From: Eledone cirrhosa
Lineage: Eukaryota
Reading direction: 5' to 3'
DNA: 64,000 nucleotides
Assembly (NCBI GenBank): GCA_964016885.1
Contig: OZ024745.1
Location: 18,414,001-18,478,000 of the forward strand
Positions 43,843 through 56,357 of this stretch are shown piece after piece. The notes under the pieces are model-generated. The model worked only from the letters and a program-made list of their open reading frames with translations. It ran no database searches and was not told the DNA's origin. The position numbers and the translations under genes are program-made. The first letter of the stretch is position 1, and every line of letters begins with the position of its first letter.

Positions 43843-44084
43843 ATTAAAGGTGGAAAACTGGGAGAGGGCACTTGCCCTGGTGGTCAGGGCCACTGTGGTC
43901 TTTTAATGGGCTTTCTCCACAAATGTCCCTTGGAAGTCTCCCCCCTATTGGGGAATTTTTCTTTGTTATTTTATTTCAACCTCTGTTTTTTTACACGCAG
44001 AAATGCCCATTTGTACCGTCCTGTATTGTCCTGTACTGTCCTTAATGTCTACTTTATGTGAACCCTTGTGGTTAATAAAGAAAA

Positions 44085-44144
<60 letters not shown>

Positions 44145-44326
44145 AGGGCGGTGAATTGGCAGTATCGGTAGAGGATCGGACATGCTTTCCAGCATAGTTA
44201 CGTCCCTTTATGATCTGATTTCAAATCCTGCCACGTTAACTTTGCTTTTCATCTATACGGGGTCGATAGAATAAAGTAGCAGTAATGTACTGAGTAATTT
44301 CTGGCCTTGAGCCAAAAGTAGAAACA
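44145..44326 (+). mobile_element. tRNA-derived SINE inserted at the end of the (TTA)n tract
   Basis: Family sequence; attattattattac repeated on both sides. Confidence 0.9.
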
Positions 44327-44425
44327 ATTATTATTATTACTTTCAAAGTAAAGGGTGTCACGAATGATACAAAATCAAGCATATGTCTTGTCTCTAAAAA
44401 CATAATAATAATTATATATCTGTCC

Positions 44426-44607
44426 GGGGGATTGGCAGTATCGGTAGAGGGTCGGACGCCATGCTTTGCAGCACAGTTACGTCCCTTTACGGACTGAGTT
44501 CAAATCCCGCCGAGGTTAACTTTGCCTTTCATCCTTACGGGGTTGATAAAATAAAGTACCAGTAATACACTGAAATAATTGCTGGCCTTGTGCCAAAAGT
44601 AGAAACA
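44426..44607 (+). mobile_element. tRNA-derived SINE (main family)
   Basis: 19-bp TSD aataattatatatctgtcc at 44407-44425 and 44608-44626. Confidence 0.95.
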
Positions 44608-45021
44608 AATAATTATATATCTGTCCCTTATTTGGTGAGCTGTTTATGTCGAGAGGTTGGACAGCTATTTCTAGCGAGTGCTAAAATTCATGTGTTGATA
44701 CCATATGCGTTTAGAAACTTTCAACAGTGATTAGATGATTTTGAAATTCCCTCACTGATGAACCGTTTCAAAATATCTAATTTCACTGTTATTCGGTGAA
44801 ATTTATTCTGATTTTGTGGAGAATACATATGAGGGAAATTTATTGTTCGTTATCAGTTATTTAGTTTTAAATTTTTTATTAAATGTAATATGATACTCAA
44901 CGAATTATTTAATCTTACTTTCAGTGTAGATTGTCTCTAGTTCTAAGTTTGGATATGTCTTTATGCACACTTATCTGTGTATGAATATATTTCAATCACT
45001 TTCTCATATATATATATATAT

Positions 45022-45703
45022 ATAATAAAGTATATATCCCTACACGTACAAAGCGCATAGGGACACGTGTATTGTCCAACCATATGCCAATGTGGTTCAA
45101 TGGCAGGTTAATAAATTAACGAGCCGGAACATATATAATCAAGGTTTAGCAAATAAGAAAAAGATTTAAAATAAATTTTAAAAAATTAACTTTACTCCCT
45201 ATGGTTACCTTTACCGAATCGGTTTCGAGTTTCAAAAATAAATGGAAAGTCCTTACGGCATCAATTGCAAAGAAAACCTCTAGTCAGAAGGATCTTTTCA
45301 CTCGGAGAATATAAAATTCCCGAGTTCAAATTACGAACTGGCGCTATTCAAAGTTGTTCCCGAGATGAGAGTAAATGATGTGGGAGCAATTCCTTCAAGT
45401 GCCGTGTGTAAAGATAGAAGCAAAGGCAGCGAGGTCAGTCTACTACCACTATAACTAGCAGCAGACAGACTACCCAATTTTTTTTTTTCTCGGCCAAAAG
45501 GAGAATAATAATAAAGTATATATCCCTACACGCACAAAGCGCATAGGGACGCATGTATTGTCCAACCATATGCCAATGTGGTTCAATGGCAGGTTAATAA
45601 ATTAACGAACCAGAACATATATAATCAAGGTTTAGCAAATAAGAAAAAGTTTCAAAATAAATTTTAAAAAATTAACTTTACTCACTATGGTTACCTTTAC
45701 CGA
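45022..45703 (-). mobile_element. Tandem 486-bp unit (1.4 copies) with degenerate hammerhead at 45208-45291
   Basis: 45022-45218 repeats at 45508-45703 (offset 486); minus strand cctt-CTGACTA-gag...ctc-GAAAC-cgattcg-GTA-aagg (G8 to U change). Confidence 0.65.
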
Positions 45704-45812
45704 GACCGTTTAAACATAGTAGGGGTGTATATGAACTCATATATGAACATATAGTATCCGTTTTTATTAACGAATGTATTCATTTATATATTATATATAT
45801 ATGCGTGTGTGT

Positions 45813-45940
<128 letters not shown>

Positions 45941-46284
45941 AATGAATCAATTAACTGGAGAAACTGTTAAACTAAATTGATATTAGTATGCATGTGCATG
46001 AATACGAGAGTGAGAAACAGGCTAGTGTTAGCTAGTGGTAGCTAGTGGTAGCTAGTGGTTCAACGGATATATTGGCTTACATAGAATTGGTATATATTTA
46101 TGCCTATATTTGTGTGTTAAGTGATACATAGGGACTATTAATAAAAATTAGAATTGGAGCTCTGAAATAGCAATATATATATGGATGTATATATAATGTA
46201 TTTTGCAATACACTTTATGCTTAATTAGAAGCATTTTGAAGACCGTAAGCTATTGTTTTAAAGTAGTGACAAATTCACTCACTT

Positions 46285-46379
46285 TGATCTCAGCAAACAG
46301 GGGAGATAAGCCAACAAGACTTGTTTCGCTTTGGTTGAAGCTTATCAAGGCCAACTACCCCACCTGTTTACTGAGATCA
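46285..46379 (-). ncRNA. Type I hammerhead ribozyme, U3-A8 variant (inverted copy)
   Basis: Reverse complement of 46656-46750. Confidence 0.75.
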
Positions 46380-46655
46380 TTGATGTTATATTGTTATAGA
46401 AATCTAGTAAATAATCAGGAGCTGATTATGCAGAGCGGTTGTTGGTCAGGCAGAAATTAAAAATTAGAATTGGAGCTCTTCAAAATGCTTTTAATTAAGC
46501 ATAAAGTGTATTGCAAAATACATTATATATACATCCATATATATATTGCTATTTCAGAGCTCCAATTCTAATTTTTAATTTCTGCCTGACCAACAACCGC
46601 TCTGCATAATCAGCTCCTGATTATTTACTAGATTTCTATAACAATATAACATCAA

Positions 46656-46750
46656 TGATCTCAGTAAACAGGTGGGGTAGTTGGCCTTGATAAGCTTCAA
46701 CCAAAGCGAAACAAGTCTTGTTGGCTTATCTCCCCTGTTTGCTGAGATCA
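46656..46750 (+). ncRNA. Type I hammerhead ribozyme, U3-A8 variant
   Basis: gcc-TTGATAA-gctt-caacca-aagc-GAAA-caagtcttg-TT-ggc; stem I extends through ggggta/tatctc to 17-bp tgatctcagtaaacagg/cctgtttgctgagatca; predicted cleavage after 46722 (GUU). Confidence 0.78.
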
Positions 46751-47878
46751 AAGTGAGTGAATTTGTCACTACTTTAAAACAATAGCTTACGGTCTTCAAA
46801 ATGCTTTTAATTAAGCATAAAGTGTATTGCAAAATACATTATATATACGGACTATTAATAGTTTTTATTGACTACCTATTATCATTTGTGATGAGAAATA
46901 GAATATAACTTTTCCCACCCTTTTCTATCCTGTCCGATACAGCTAAATGCAGTGTTAATTATGGCAGAGAGGACTAGTGACTGAACCCAGATCGAAACAG
47001 TTTTTTTTTCTTCAGTCAAATGCAAATTGATGAAGCGGGTTGGACGTTCATTAATATGTGAAACTCAGGCTCCGCGGTGTTTATATTTTGGAGACTGGTT
47101 ATGTGGCGACGAGTTAAATATCGATATAGAATATGTATTTACAACGAAATGATGATTATGATACAACAGTATTTCAATCAATCCCGGCCCGTCATAAGTA
47201 GTGTTGAATGCCACAAGTATAATTCTCACAAGATATATCTCTACTGTGACGAAGATATCTTTTGAAATCTTAGTATGCATTAAACGTGGTTTATACATTT
47301 ACACACGTATTGCCTTACTGAAACTTGCATGCAAGTCTTAACACCTGATCTATCTTCTTGTTGGTGTTTCTGCTAATTTAATGTAAAGTAAGAACTTCGA
47401 GAATATCTGTAAATGTTAGTTGTCACCTGAGAAAAGGTGTGTTAACCATGAATGTTTCTGATGAAGATAAAAGCTCTAGGACATCTGTGCTTGATTGAAA
47501 GCAACTGTAAGTGATATGTACAGCTCGGAAAAAGTGAAGAAAATCCAAGTCAATGTTAATTTATCAAATGTGTGATCTCGGGGAGGTTGTAACGTGCTTC
47601 TTTTGACTTGAAACATGAAATTCTTTTCTACATCTAAATTATTAAAGAGAAACGATGTATATATATAAGAAAAGCTACAATACTAATTAAATTCAAAACA
47701 CATATATTATATTACTAAATGAAATAATATATTCGACAGATAAATAAGCTGTGTGGTTTGTTAGTTTGTTACAAATAACATAGCTGTCAATTAGATGTTT
47801 TAATATTCGTCAATCAAATTTTTGGCTTCACATTGTTCCCATAAATGTATTCATTCTCCAATAAAATAAATAACCAAG

Positions 47879-47949
<71 letters not shown>

Positions 47950-47958
<9 letters not shown>

Positions 47959-48406
47959 TTAGAAAGCCACAACAATGCAGATGGGAAATCTCGAGGTAAG
48001 AAATGAGTGAGAAATAGGAGAAAAGTGAAAATGAAAATGAAAACAAAACAAAGGTAGAAGGGTTACCGTAGAGGAGATTTAATCCCAATATTTCGGGCTC
48101 ACGCCCATCAACGCCACAGCCTATCAGCGCACACGCATTCTTTCCCTCGTTTGAATTTTCCCTATAACGGCATTCCTAAGTTTTAACGACAATACAACTT
48201 TCTCCGGCTTAGCCTGTTTCCCCCCTTTTGGAACTTTTTCCCCGTTGATGGGCGTGAGCCCGAAATATTGGGATTAAATCTCCTCTACGGAAACCCTTCT
48301 ACCTTTGTTTTGTTTTCATTTTCATTTTCACTTTTCTCCTATTTCTCACTCACTTCTTACCTCGAGATTTCCCATCTGCATTGTTGTGGCTTTCTAAACT
48401 ACATAT
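47950..48406. repeat. Inverted repeat, about 164-bp arms, pLTR-like
   Basis: 47950-48113 is the reverse complement of 48243-48406; contains degenerate HHR-like ttgatg-ggcgtgagccc-GAAAtatt; starts at (TA)n. Confidence 0.85.
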
Positions 48407-48445
48407 TTTACACATTTCACAATGCTTCAAGCAAACTTTAACACC

Positions 48446-48489
<44 letters not shown>

Positions 48490-48493
<4 letters not shown>

Positions 48494-49043
48494 GGAGCAA
48501 AGATTGGGAATAGGGAAGATGATGTGGTTGAGAGGAAGAGCAAAGCCTGGTCGGCGTGCCACAGCTTGAGATCGATGTGAAAGTCGGACCTTCGTAAAGA
48601 CCTGAAAATCCGCCTCTTCATTGCTGTAGTGGAGTCTGTGCTGCTGTACGGGTCTGAGACTTGGGCACTGACACTGACCACTCAGATGGTGGATGGGTGC
48701 TACACGAGAATGCTGAGGATGATTCTGAACATTAATCAGTATACACTGAGGATAAAAAACTCAGAGCTGTATGGGAGCCTCCGAAAAGTCAGCTCAAAAG
48801 TGACACAGAGGAGACTGAGGTTAGCTGGACATGCTCACCGATATCCAGAGTTGACACTACACTCAGTGCTCCTGTGGGAGCCCCTACATGGACACACTGG
48901 AAGAGGAAGACCGAGGTTAACGTATGTTGATGCCCTAAGGACAGACACTGGTCTGTTGGAGACGCAGGACATGACAGCGATAATGAGGGACAGAGACCGC
49001 TGGAGAGAACTCGTTCATGGATCTCGGGAACTTTACCGGCCCT
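48490..49043 (+). mobile_element. RTE-clade LINE 3' fragment in (TA)n
   Basis: [42 protein letters not shown] motifs (ORF 48629-49045); (TA)n on both sides. Confidence 0.9.
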
Positions 49044-49056
49044 AGATATATACATA

Positions 49057-49174
<118 letters not shown>

Positions 49175-49200
49175 TATATACATATACATGTATATATATA

Positions 49201-49277
<77 letters not shown>

Positions 49278-49314
49278 GAGGAGTTGTGGTAACGAACCAG
49301 ATGGACCATAACTT

Positions 49315-49905
49315 AAATTAAAAATTAAAAATTAAAAATTAAAAATTAAAAATTAAAAATTAAAAATTAAAGATTAAAAATTAACTATATTCTTAAGATA
49401 AATTTTTATTAACTTTATAGCAAGTATGAGTTCTTATAAAATAACATATGGTTTATGTTTTAATTATATTCTTAAGATAAAATTTTTAACTTTATAACAT
49501 TTAATCCTTGGAGTCATTTGAGATCTTAAAAAATCACTTCTAACTTCCTTTATACTTCCTTACTGTTTTTATAATATAATTAAGTAGTTATTCCTTTGTA
49601 AACTCTCGTAAATTTTTCATAAATTTAGAATTATTTGGATGTTTAAATTTTGACTTACTAAATATAATTTTGCCAAACTTGCTTTAATAAAATAAACTTT
49701 ACTAGATTTTCTCTAATGTAAAATACTATATATTTATTTAAATAATTTATAATCCTTAACATACACATCTAAACCAATATATTATTACTAATACATCTTA
49801 ATATAATATAAATACTTCTGTTTTAATTTTAATTTTAATTTTTAATTTTTAATTTTTAATTTTTAATTTTTAATTTTTAATTTTTAATTTTTAATTTTTA
49901 ATTTG
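49315..49905. repeat. (AAAATT)n and (TTTTAA)n hexamer tracts in AT-rich PLE-UTR-like DNA
   Basis: 49315-49382 and 49820-49905 are complementary hexamer arrays. Confidence 0.8.
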
Positions 49906-50450
49906 TATTTTTTTATTTTTAATATTAATATTAAATTATTAAATTAAATCTTTAATATTAAGGCAAATTTTAATCTTTAATTTTGATTTCTAATTTTTAA
50001 TTTTAATCTAATTTTTCAACCTATCATTATAAATATTATAATCACAACGTAATGAACCCTACATTATAAATATTATTCTTCCTCGTTAATCTTATTTCTT
50101 CTTTCATTTCTTCTTTCACTTAGATATATTTACGCTGTGTATATTTCTCCATTGAAACTTATTTCTTCATTCACTCTATCTTCACTATCAATATGTATAA
50201 TCGTTCTTTCTTTCCTCTTCTCTCTTTCTCCTTCCTTTTCTTTTTTATCTCTCCCTTGCATATCAACTTCTTCCAACAGTTTAATTTAAATAAATCGTTA
50301 TCTTTTTAACTTTTCGGACACTCATTTGCATACTCACTCATGACTTTGTATTACCCTCAACAAAGTATTATATCCACTATCCAGGAAGCTCCAACGGTTA
50401 AGGTTGTCTTTTTTCCGGGTATGTCAATATTTGTTTATAAAACAAATCTA

Positions 50451-50516
50451 TATTTTATCTGATGAAAGCGCGCCATAATTTGCCTTGGTTGCCCTTGAAA
50501 TATGTATAATAAAATA
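50451..50516 (+). ncRNA. Type I hammerhead ribozyme, apparently intact
   Basis: tattttat-CTGATGA-aagcgcgcca...tggttgccctt-GAAA-tatgta-TA-ataaaata: perfect 8-bp stem I, paired stem II, near-palindromic stem III, AUA triplet. Confidence 0.8.
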
Positions 50517-50732
50517 AATATGGTTTTATAAATATATTTTCCATTTATTAATATATTATATATATATATATATATATAATTTTTAATACAATAACAGAGA
50601 TAGCTTAACGCTAAACTCCGACTGGTAACCATCTCACTCGACAAACATTAGGTTATATGTTAGTATAACCCAATTTAAGTGTTTGGGGTGCTAACTATAT
50701 GTATTTTGTGGAAAGCCAGTTGTATTATTTTA

Positions 50733-50778
<46 letters not shown>

Positions 50779-50824
50779 AGGAAGTTATAGTTCACTTGAA
50801 GCATTGTGTAATGAGGTATAAACG

Positions 50825-51038
50825 TTTGTATATGTATAATAAAGCCAAAACAATGCAGGTATGGACATAGAATAAAGAATGCAAATGCAAAAGATATTGT
50901 TGACAATTAGTCTTTTACCTTAGATTTATTTAAATAAATCTAAGGTAAAAGACTAATTGTCAACAATAACTTTTGCATTTGCATTCTTTATTCTGTGTCC
51001 ATACCTGCATTGTTTCGGCTTTATTATATATATACAAA
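50825..51038. repeat. Near-perfect spacerless palindrome (about 214 bp)
   Basis: Centre gatttattt|aaataaatc at 50931/50932; arms mirror with few mismatches; lies between (TA)n tracts. Confidence 0.9.
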
Positions 51039-51114
<76 letters not shown>

Positions 51115-51544
51115 TATATATATCAGATAGGGTGTAGTAAAAAGCAGCTAGACTCTAGCACGCCAGACTACTCGATACTTGGGGTAGTAGAGTGGGTAGT
51201 ATGAAATAATTCAGTACCCTGATGACTGAGCTCCGACCGTTTCGACAGCCAGATCTAGCTGTCAAGGGTCCTGAATCTTTTCATATATATATACGGTTGT
51301 GTACGTATGTGGCTCTGTATATATGCGTACGATTATATTTGTATTTCTATGGGTGTACATGTTATTTGTACTTGTTTTCATATGAGAATTATTTTGTCAC
51401 TCTTTTTCTTGTTGTTTTTATTGTATTTTCTTTTCCTTTCCTAATGACAGCCCAGTATTATCTGCCTCTGACATGTTTTCTCTAATTTTAATTCCATATT
51501 CTTTGAAATCACAGTGATTTTTATATGATTTTTGTCAGTTATTG

Positions 51545-51790
51545 TGGGTGTGTCTACAAACACACATATTTAATTATATATGCGTGGGTGTGTAAAAAAA
51601 ACCACACATATGTATTTATATTTGTGTGGGTGTGTAAACAAACACACATGTACTTATATGTGCGTTGGTGTGTCAACAAACACACATATGAACTTTAAGT
51701 GCGTGGGTGTGTAGCCAAACAACCACATATATTTATAAGTGCGTGAGTGTGTCAACAAACACACATATGTACTTATATGTGTGTAAATAA
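51545..51790. repeat. Minisatellite, about 40-45 bp unit
   Basis: Recurring gtgcgtgggtgtgt...aaacacacatatgtacttata. Confidence 0.8.
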
Positions 51791-52086
51791 ATACATATGC
51801 ATTATGTATTTATATGTGTGTGTATCATTGTCTTTCTGTGTGTATGTGTGCGTGTGCAATTGGCTTCTTATGTCGTATATATTCATACATGCTATGTCAG
51901 ATAACGAATGTCTTAACATTAAAGTTTAGACAGTCTCTAGAATAATTATATTAATTGTACAATCTAAATAAAGTGGTACTACTTTAGATTTTAAAACATA
52001 TGTTTTACCTTTGGTTAGCTAGTATATTCCGCTTTAAGCATCATATACACGCACATACATACACACACACACAAATATACATATAC

Positions 52087-52165
<79 letters not shown>

Positions 52166-52434
52166 AGTGATTGTGTCACAAAATAAACCATTAGAAGATA
52201 TAAAATTGTTGAAATTACTTTAGAAAGCCAGTAAGCAATGGATTGCAAATTGAAATATCGCAGTGAAAACAAGTGAATTTCTACAAAACACCACTTTAGA
52301 CTTTTACATTATATTTCGATGTCTCATGAATTAAAATCTTTTCATGAAGGGATAATTAAATATGATGACGTTCCCTGTATTTATTTGCACACGTTTTAGA
52401 GACTTAGCAACATTTGTCAGACCAATATTGTCAT

Positions 52435-52590
52435 AATGGTTTCCAATTTAGGGACAAGGTCAACAATTTGGGCGGAGGGAAAAGTCGAGTAAATTGATTC
52501 CAGTGCTTTACTGGTACTTTATTTTACCGACCCAATAATGGTGAAAGATCAATCTAACCTCGGTATTAGATCTCGGAACGTAATGGCACA
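52435..52590 (-). mobile_element. Degenerate SINE (longer subfamily)
   Basis: actggtactttattttaccgaccc...gaaagatcaatctaacctcgg is the reverse complement of the family core. Confidence 0.7.
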
Positions 52591-52944
52591 TTACTCTCTC
52601 TCTGTCAGGCGGTGTGACAGGTAGATAGTATCGGCAACGAATGAGGTCCGGGACCATGATGATCCATTCAACTATAACTACACAGGAACGAGGATAATAC
52701 TTGCAGGGAATAAGTTAATTTTGTATTATTAGGAAGGCCCCGAAAAGGTCTAGGTTTCAATTCTCAAATAGTTTTGTAATAAAAGGCACTGTGAATAACA
52801 ATAAGTTGAATTAAAATTTGACTGTTTGAGAAGTAAGAATGTTATGATAAGTAACATGGTCTCTAACATATCTTTACAGTTTTATATGTATGCTTTATTT
52901 GAGTGCCTTTTTCCTCTTTTCGTAATATATATATATACATATTT

Positions 52945-53173
52945 ATATTTATTAAAATGACAAATAAAGTTTAAGCAAAGAATCGCTGCTTTCACCCTTA
53001 ATGGTATCTTCTGAAACTTTTCAGAAGATCCCGTTAAGGGTGAAAGCAGCCATACTTTGCTTAAACTTTATCTGTTATTTTAATAAATATTTGGTCTACG
53101 GTTCTTATATATTTGATATATATTTATCCTTATCCAACCCTCTTTGGATTTTAGTCTTCAAATTTATTATTAT

Positions 53174-53180
<7 letters not shown>
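52945..53180. repeat. Head-to-head fold-back of a dispersed short repeat
   Basis: Mirror around ctgaaacttttcag (about 53017); family fragments also at 11287-11320, 16034-16106, 16495-16590, 17955-18026. Confidence 0.85.
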
Positions 53181-53218
<38 letters not shown>

Positions 53219-53220
<2 letters not shown>

Positions 53221-54463
53221 CTATTAATAATGAGTTCACAACTCAGGTAGTCCTTTACAAAGAAATAGCTCAAAGAAAGAAGTATTTCTGAGCCGTGTAA
53301 TACAAGTTAATATAAATTAATATATTTGATAAACACAAATACCAACATATCCATGTTTGTATTGTAAACGACTAAGTTAGCTAGATTGAAACATACTAAT
53401 TATACTAATACAGTTTGCCTGTCTCGATTTAAAATAATAAATCAATAAAAACAAAGCATATTGGCAAATGGCCGTGGTGCTTGGACAAATTTAAATTTCA
53501 AAATCAAACCTGTTCCGTAGACTGGTTTAAACCTTAAAATCCAAATAAGTTTCGAAAAATGAAACAGTGAAAGAATACCGCATTTCTATCTACTCAGCAA
53601 GTACCAGAAAAATTGGTATGTTTCACTTCAAAATATTTAAAAAGACTGTTTAACGCACATGGTTTTTCCAACATGGTTATCCAGTGTCTAGCTACCGCAT
53701 ACTCGTGCTGCTAGAAATAACAGCCGTTTATATGGGGTTAAATTTAGCTCTACGTAAGGAGCAGTGATACTATTAATAATGAGTTCAAAACTCAGGTAGT
53801 CCTTTACAAAGAAATAGCTCAAAGAAAGAAGTATTTCTGAGCCGTGTAATACAAGTTAATATGAATTAATATATTTGATAAACACTAATACCAACATATC
53901 CATGTTTGTATTGTAAACGACTAAGTTAGCTAGATTGAAAAATACGAATTATACTAATACAGTTTGCCTGTCTCGATTTAAAATAATAAATCAATAAAAA
54001 CAAAGCATATTGGCAAATGGCCGTGGTGCTTGGACAAATTTAAATTTCAAAATCAAACCTGTTCCGTAGACTGGTTTAAACCTTAAAATACAGATAAGTT
54101 TCGAAAAATGAAACAGTGAAAGAATACCGCATTTCTATCTCCTCAGCAAGCACGAGAAAAATTGGTATGTTTCACTTCAAAATATTTAAAAAGACTGTTT
54201 AACGGACATGGTTTTTCACACATTTTTTTCACACATTTTTTTCACACATTTTTTTCACACATTTTTTTGAAATTTAAATTTGTCCAAGCACCACGGCCAT
54301 TTGCCAATATGCTTTGTTTTTATTGATTTATTATTTTAAATCGAGACAGGCAAACTGTATTAGTATAATTAGTATTTTTCAATCTAGCTAACTTAGTCGT
54401 TTACAATATAAACATGGATATGTTGGTATTTGTGTTTATCAAATATATTAATTTATATTAACT

Positions 54464-54466
<3 letters not shown>
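53219..54466 (-). mobile_element. Tandem 549-bp unit (about 1.8 copies) plus about 200-bp inverted copy, in (TA)n
   Basis: ctattaataatgagttc at 53221 and 53770; inverted piece 54265-54466; minus-strand CTGAGGA...GAAAC boxes at about 54098-54146. Confidence 0.8.
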
Positions 54467-54511
<45 letters not shown>

Positions 54512-54516
<5 letters not shown>

Positions 54517-54802
54517 AGTGTAACTTGGAGTTACGGTAGGTTCACCCGGGTGAGCACTCGGTGTTTAGGTTCACTTCAGTGTCGAGGTGTAGAGTGTATT
54601 ATAGTGAAATAAGATAACAAGGGCGATTGGTTACTCCTTCATTACATTTATTGGTTGGTGACGCCTTTTTCGCCATTGACTAGCTCAAGGTTCGATCTGT
54701 ATCGATCTGACCAGGCACTCTAATCCGCGGCTCGTTAGACTCCTTGTAATGTTAATGGAACCAAGCAATAAAAGTAATGAAGGAGTAACCAATCGTCTTA
54801 TT

Positions 54803-54810
<8 letters not shown>
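54512..54810. mobile_element. Rearranged copy of the 2203-2415 pLTR-like family
   Basis: Shares ggagtgtaacttggagttac, ggttactccttcattac and tcaaggttcgatctgtatc; internal inversions; HHR core mutated. Confidence 0.75.
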
Positions 54811-55900
<1,090 letters not shown>

Positions 55901-55985
55901 GAGGTCAGTTTTATTGTAGTACAATAAAGCAATGCAGATATCGAATAAGAAGCACTCTACAGTTTGTAGGACTGGAGTATAAATA

Positions 55986-56279
55986 ATAATATATAAGATC
56001 AAAAGATGGTTAAAAGAGTTCCATGTATTTTATTATGCGCATTTCAAAAACAAATATCATCATGCAATAACATTTGCGTTTTCGTCAGATAAAATAGGGA
56101 GACATGATATGAAGGTTAAAACACCCTTGTGAATAGTGCAGTAAATAAGTGTGTTTTAACCTTCATATCATGTCTCCCTATTTTACCTGACGAAAACGCA
56201 AATGTTATTGCATGATGATATTTGTTTTTTAAATGCGCATAATAAAATACATGGAACTCTTTTAACCATCTTTTGATCT

Positions 56280-56289
<10 letters not shown>
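55986..56289. repeat. Inverted repeat, about 140-bp arms, each with a hammerhead
   Basis: 55986-56127 is the reverse complement of 56149-56289. Confidence 0.9.
56026..56096 (-). ncRNA. Type I hammerhead ribozyme, apparently intact
   Basis: tattttat-CTGACGA-(stem II about 15 bp, loop gcat)-GAAA-tgcgca-TA-ataaaata; palindromic stem III atgcgcat. Confidence 0.82.

Positions 56290-56357
<68 letters not shown>

Larger units (their letters stand above)
38265..44143 (+). mobile_element. Near full-length Tx1/L1-clade LINE inserted in a (TTA)n microsatellite
   Basis: ORF1 plus ORF2 architecture, aataaa near 44073, (TTA)n on both sides (38228-38264 and 44086-44143). Confidence 0.93.
46132..46860. mobile_element. 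Retrozyme-like insertion: 316-nt unit in two opposite orientations, each more than one unit long, 12-bp TSD
   Basis: TSD ggactattaata (46132-46143 / 46849-46860); period 316 in both segments (46142 vs 46458; 46477 vs 46793); inversion junction with tct microhomology at 46477-46479. Confidence 0.85.

Noticed and set aside
46203-46832. Two near-identical 85-aa ORFs on opposite strands
   Set aside because: By-product of the inverted 316-nt unit; non-ATG start and no recognisable motif.
47065-47298. 77-aa minus-strand ORF in unique DNA
   Set aside because: No recognisable motif or convincing splice pair.
47455-47515. CTGATGA...GAAA spacing (similar cases at 2057, 5750, 6247, 19829, 29689)
   Set aside because: Stems do not pair convincingly; could be decayed ribozymes or chance in AT-rich DNA.
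53021-53055. cagaaga-tcccgttaagggt-gaaagc as a hammerhead
   Set aside because: All copies have CAGAAGA or CAAAAGA rather than CUGANGA, with no clear stem I/III.
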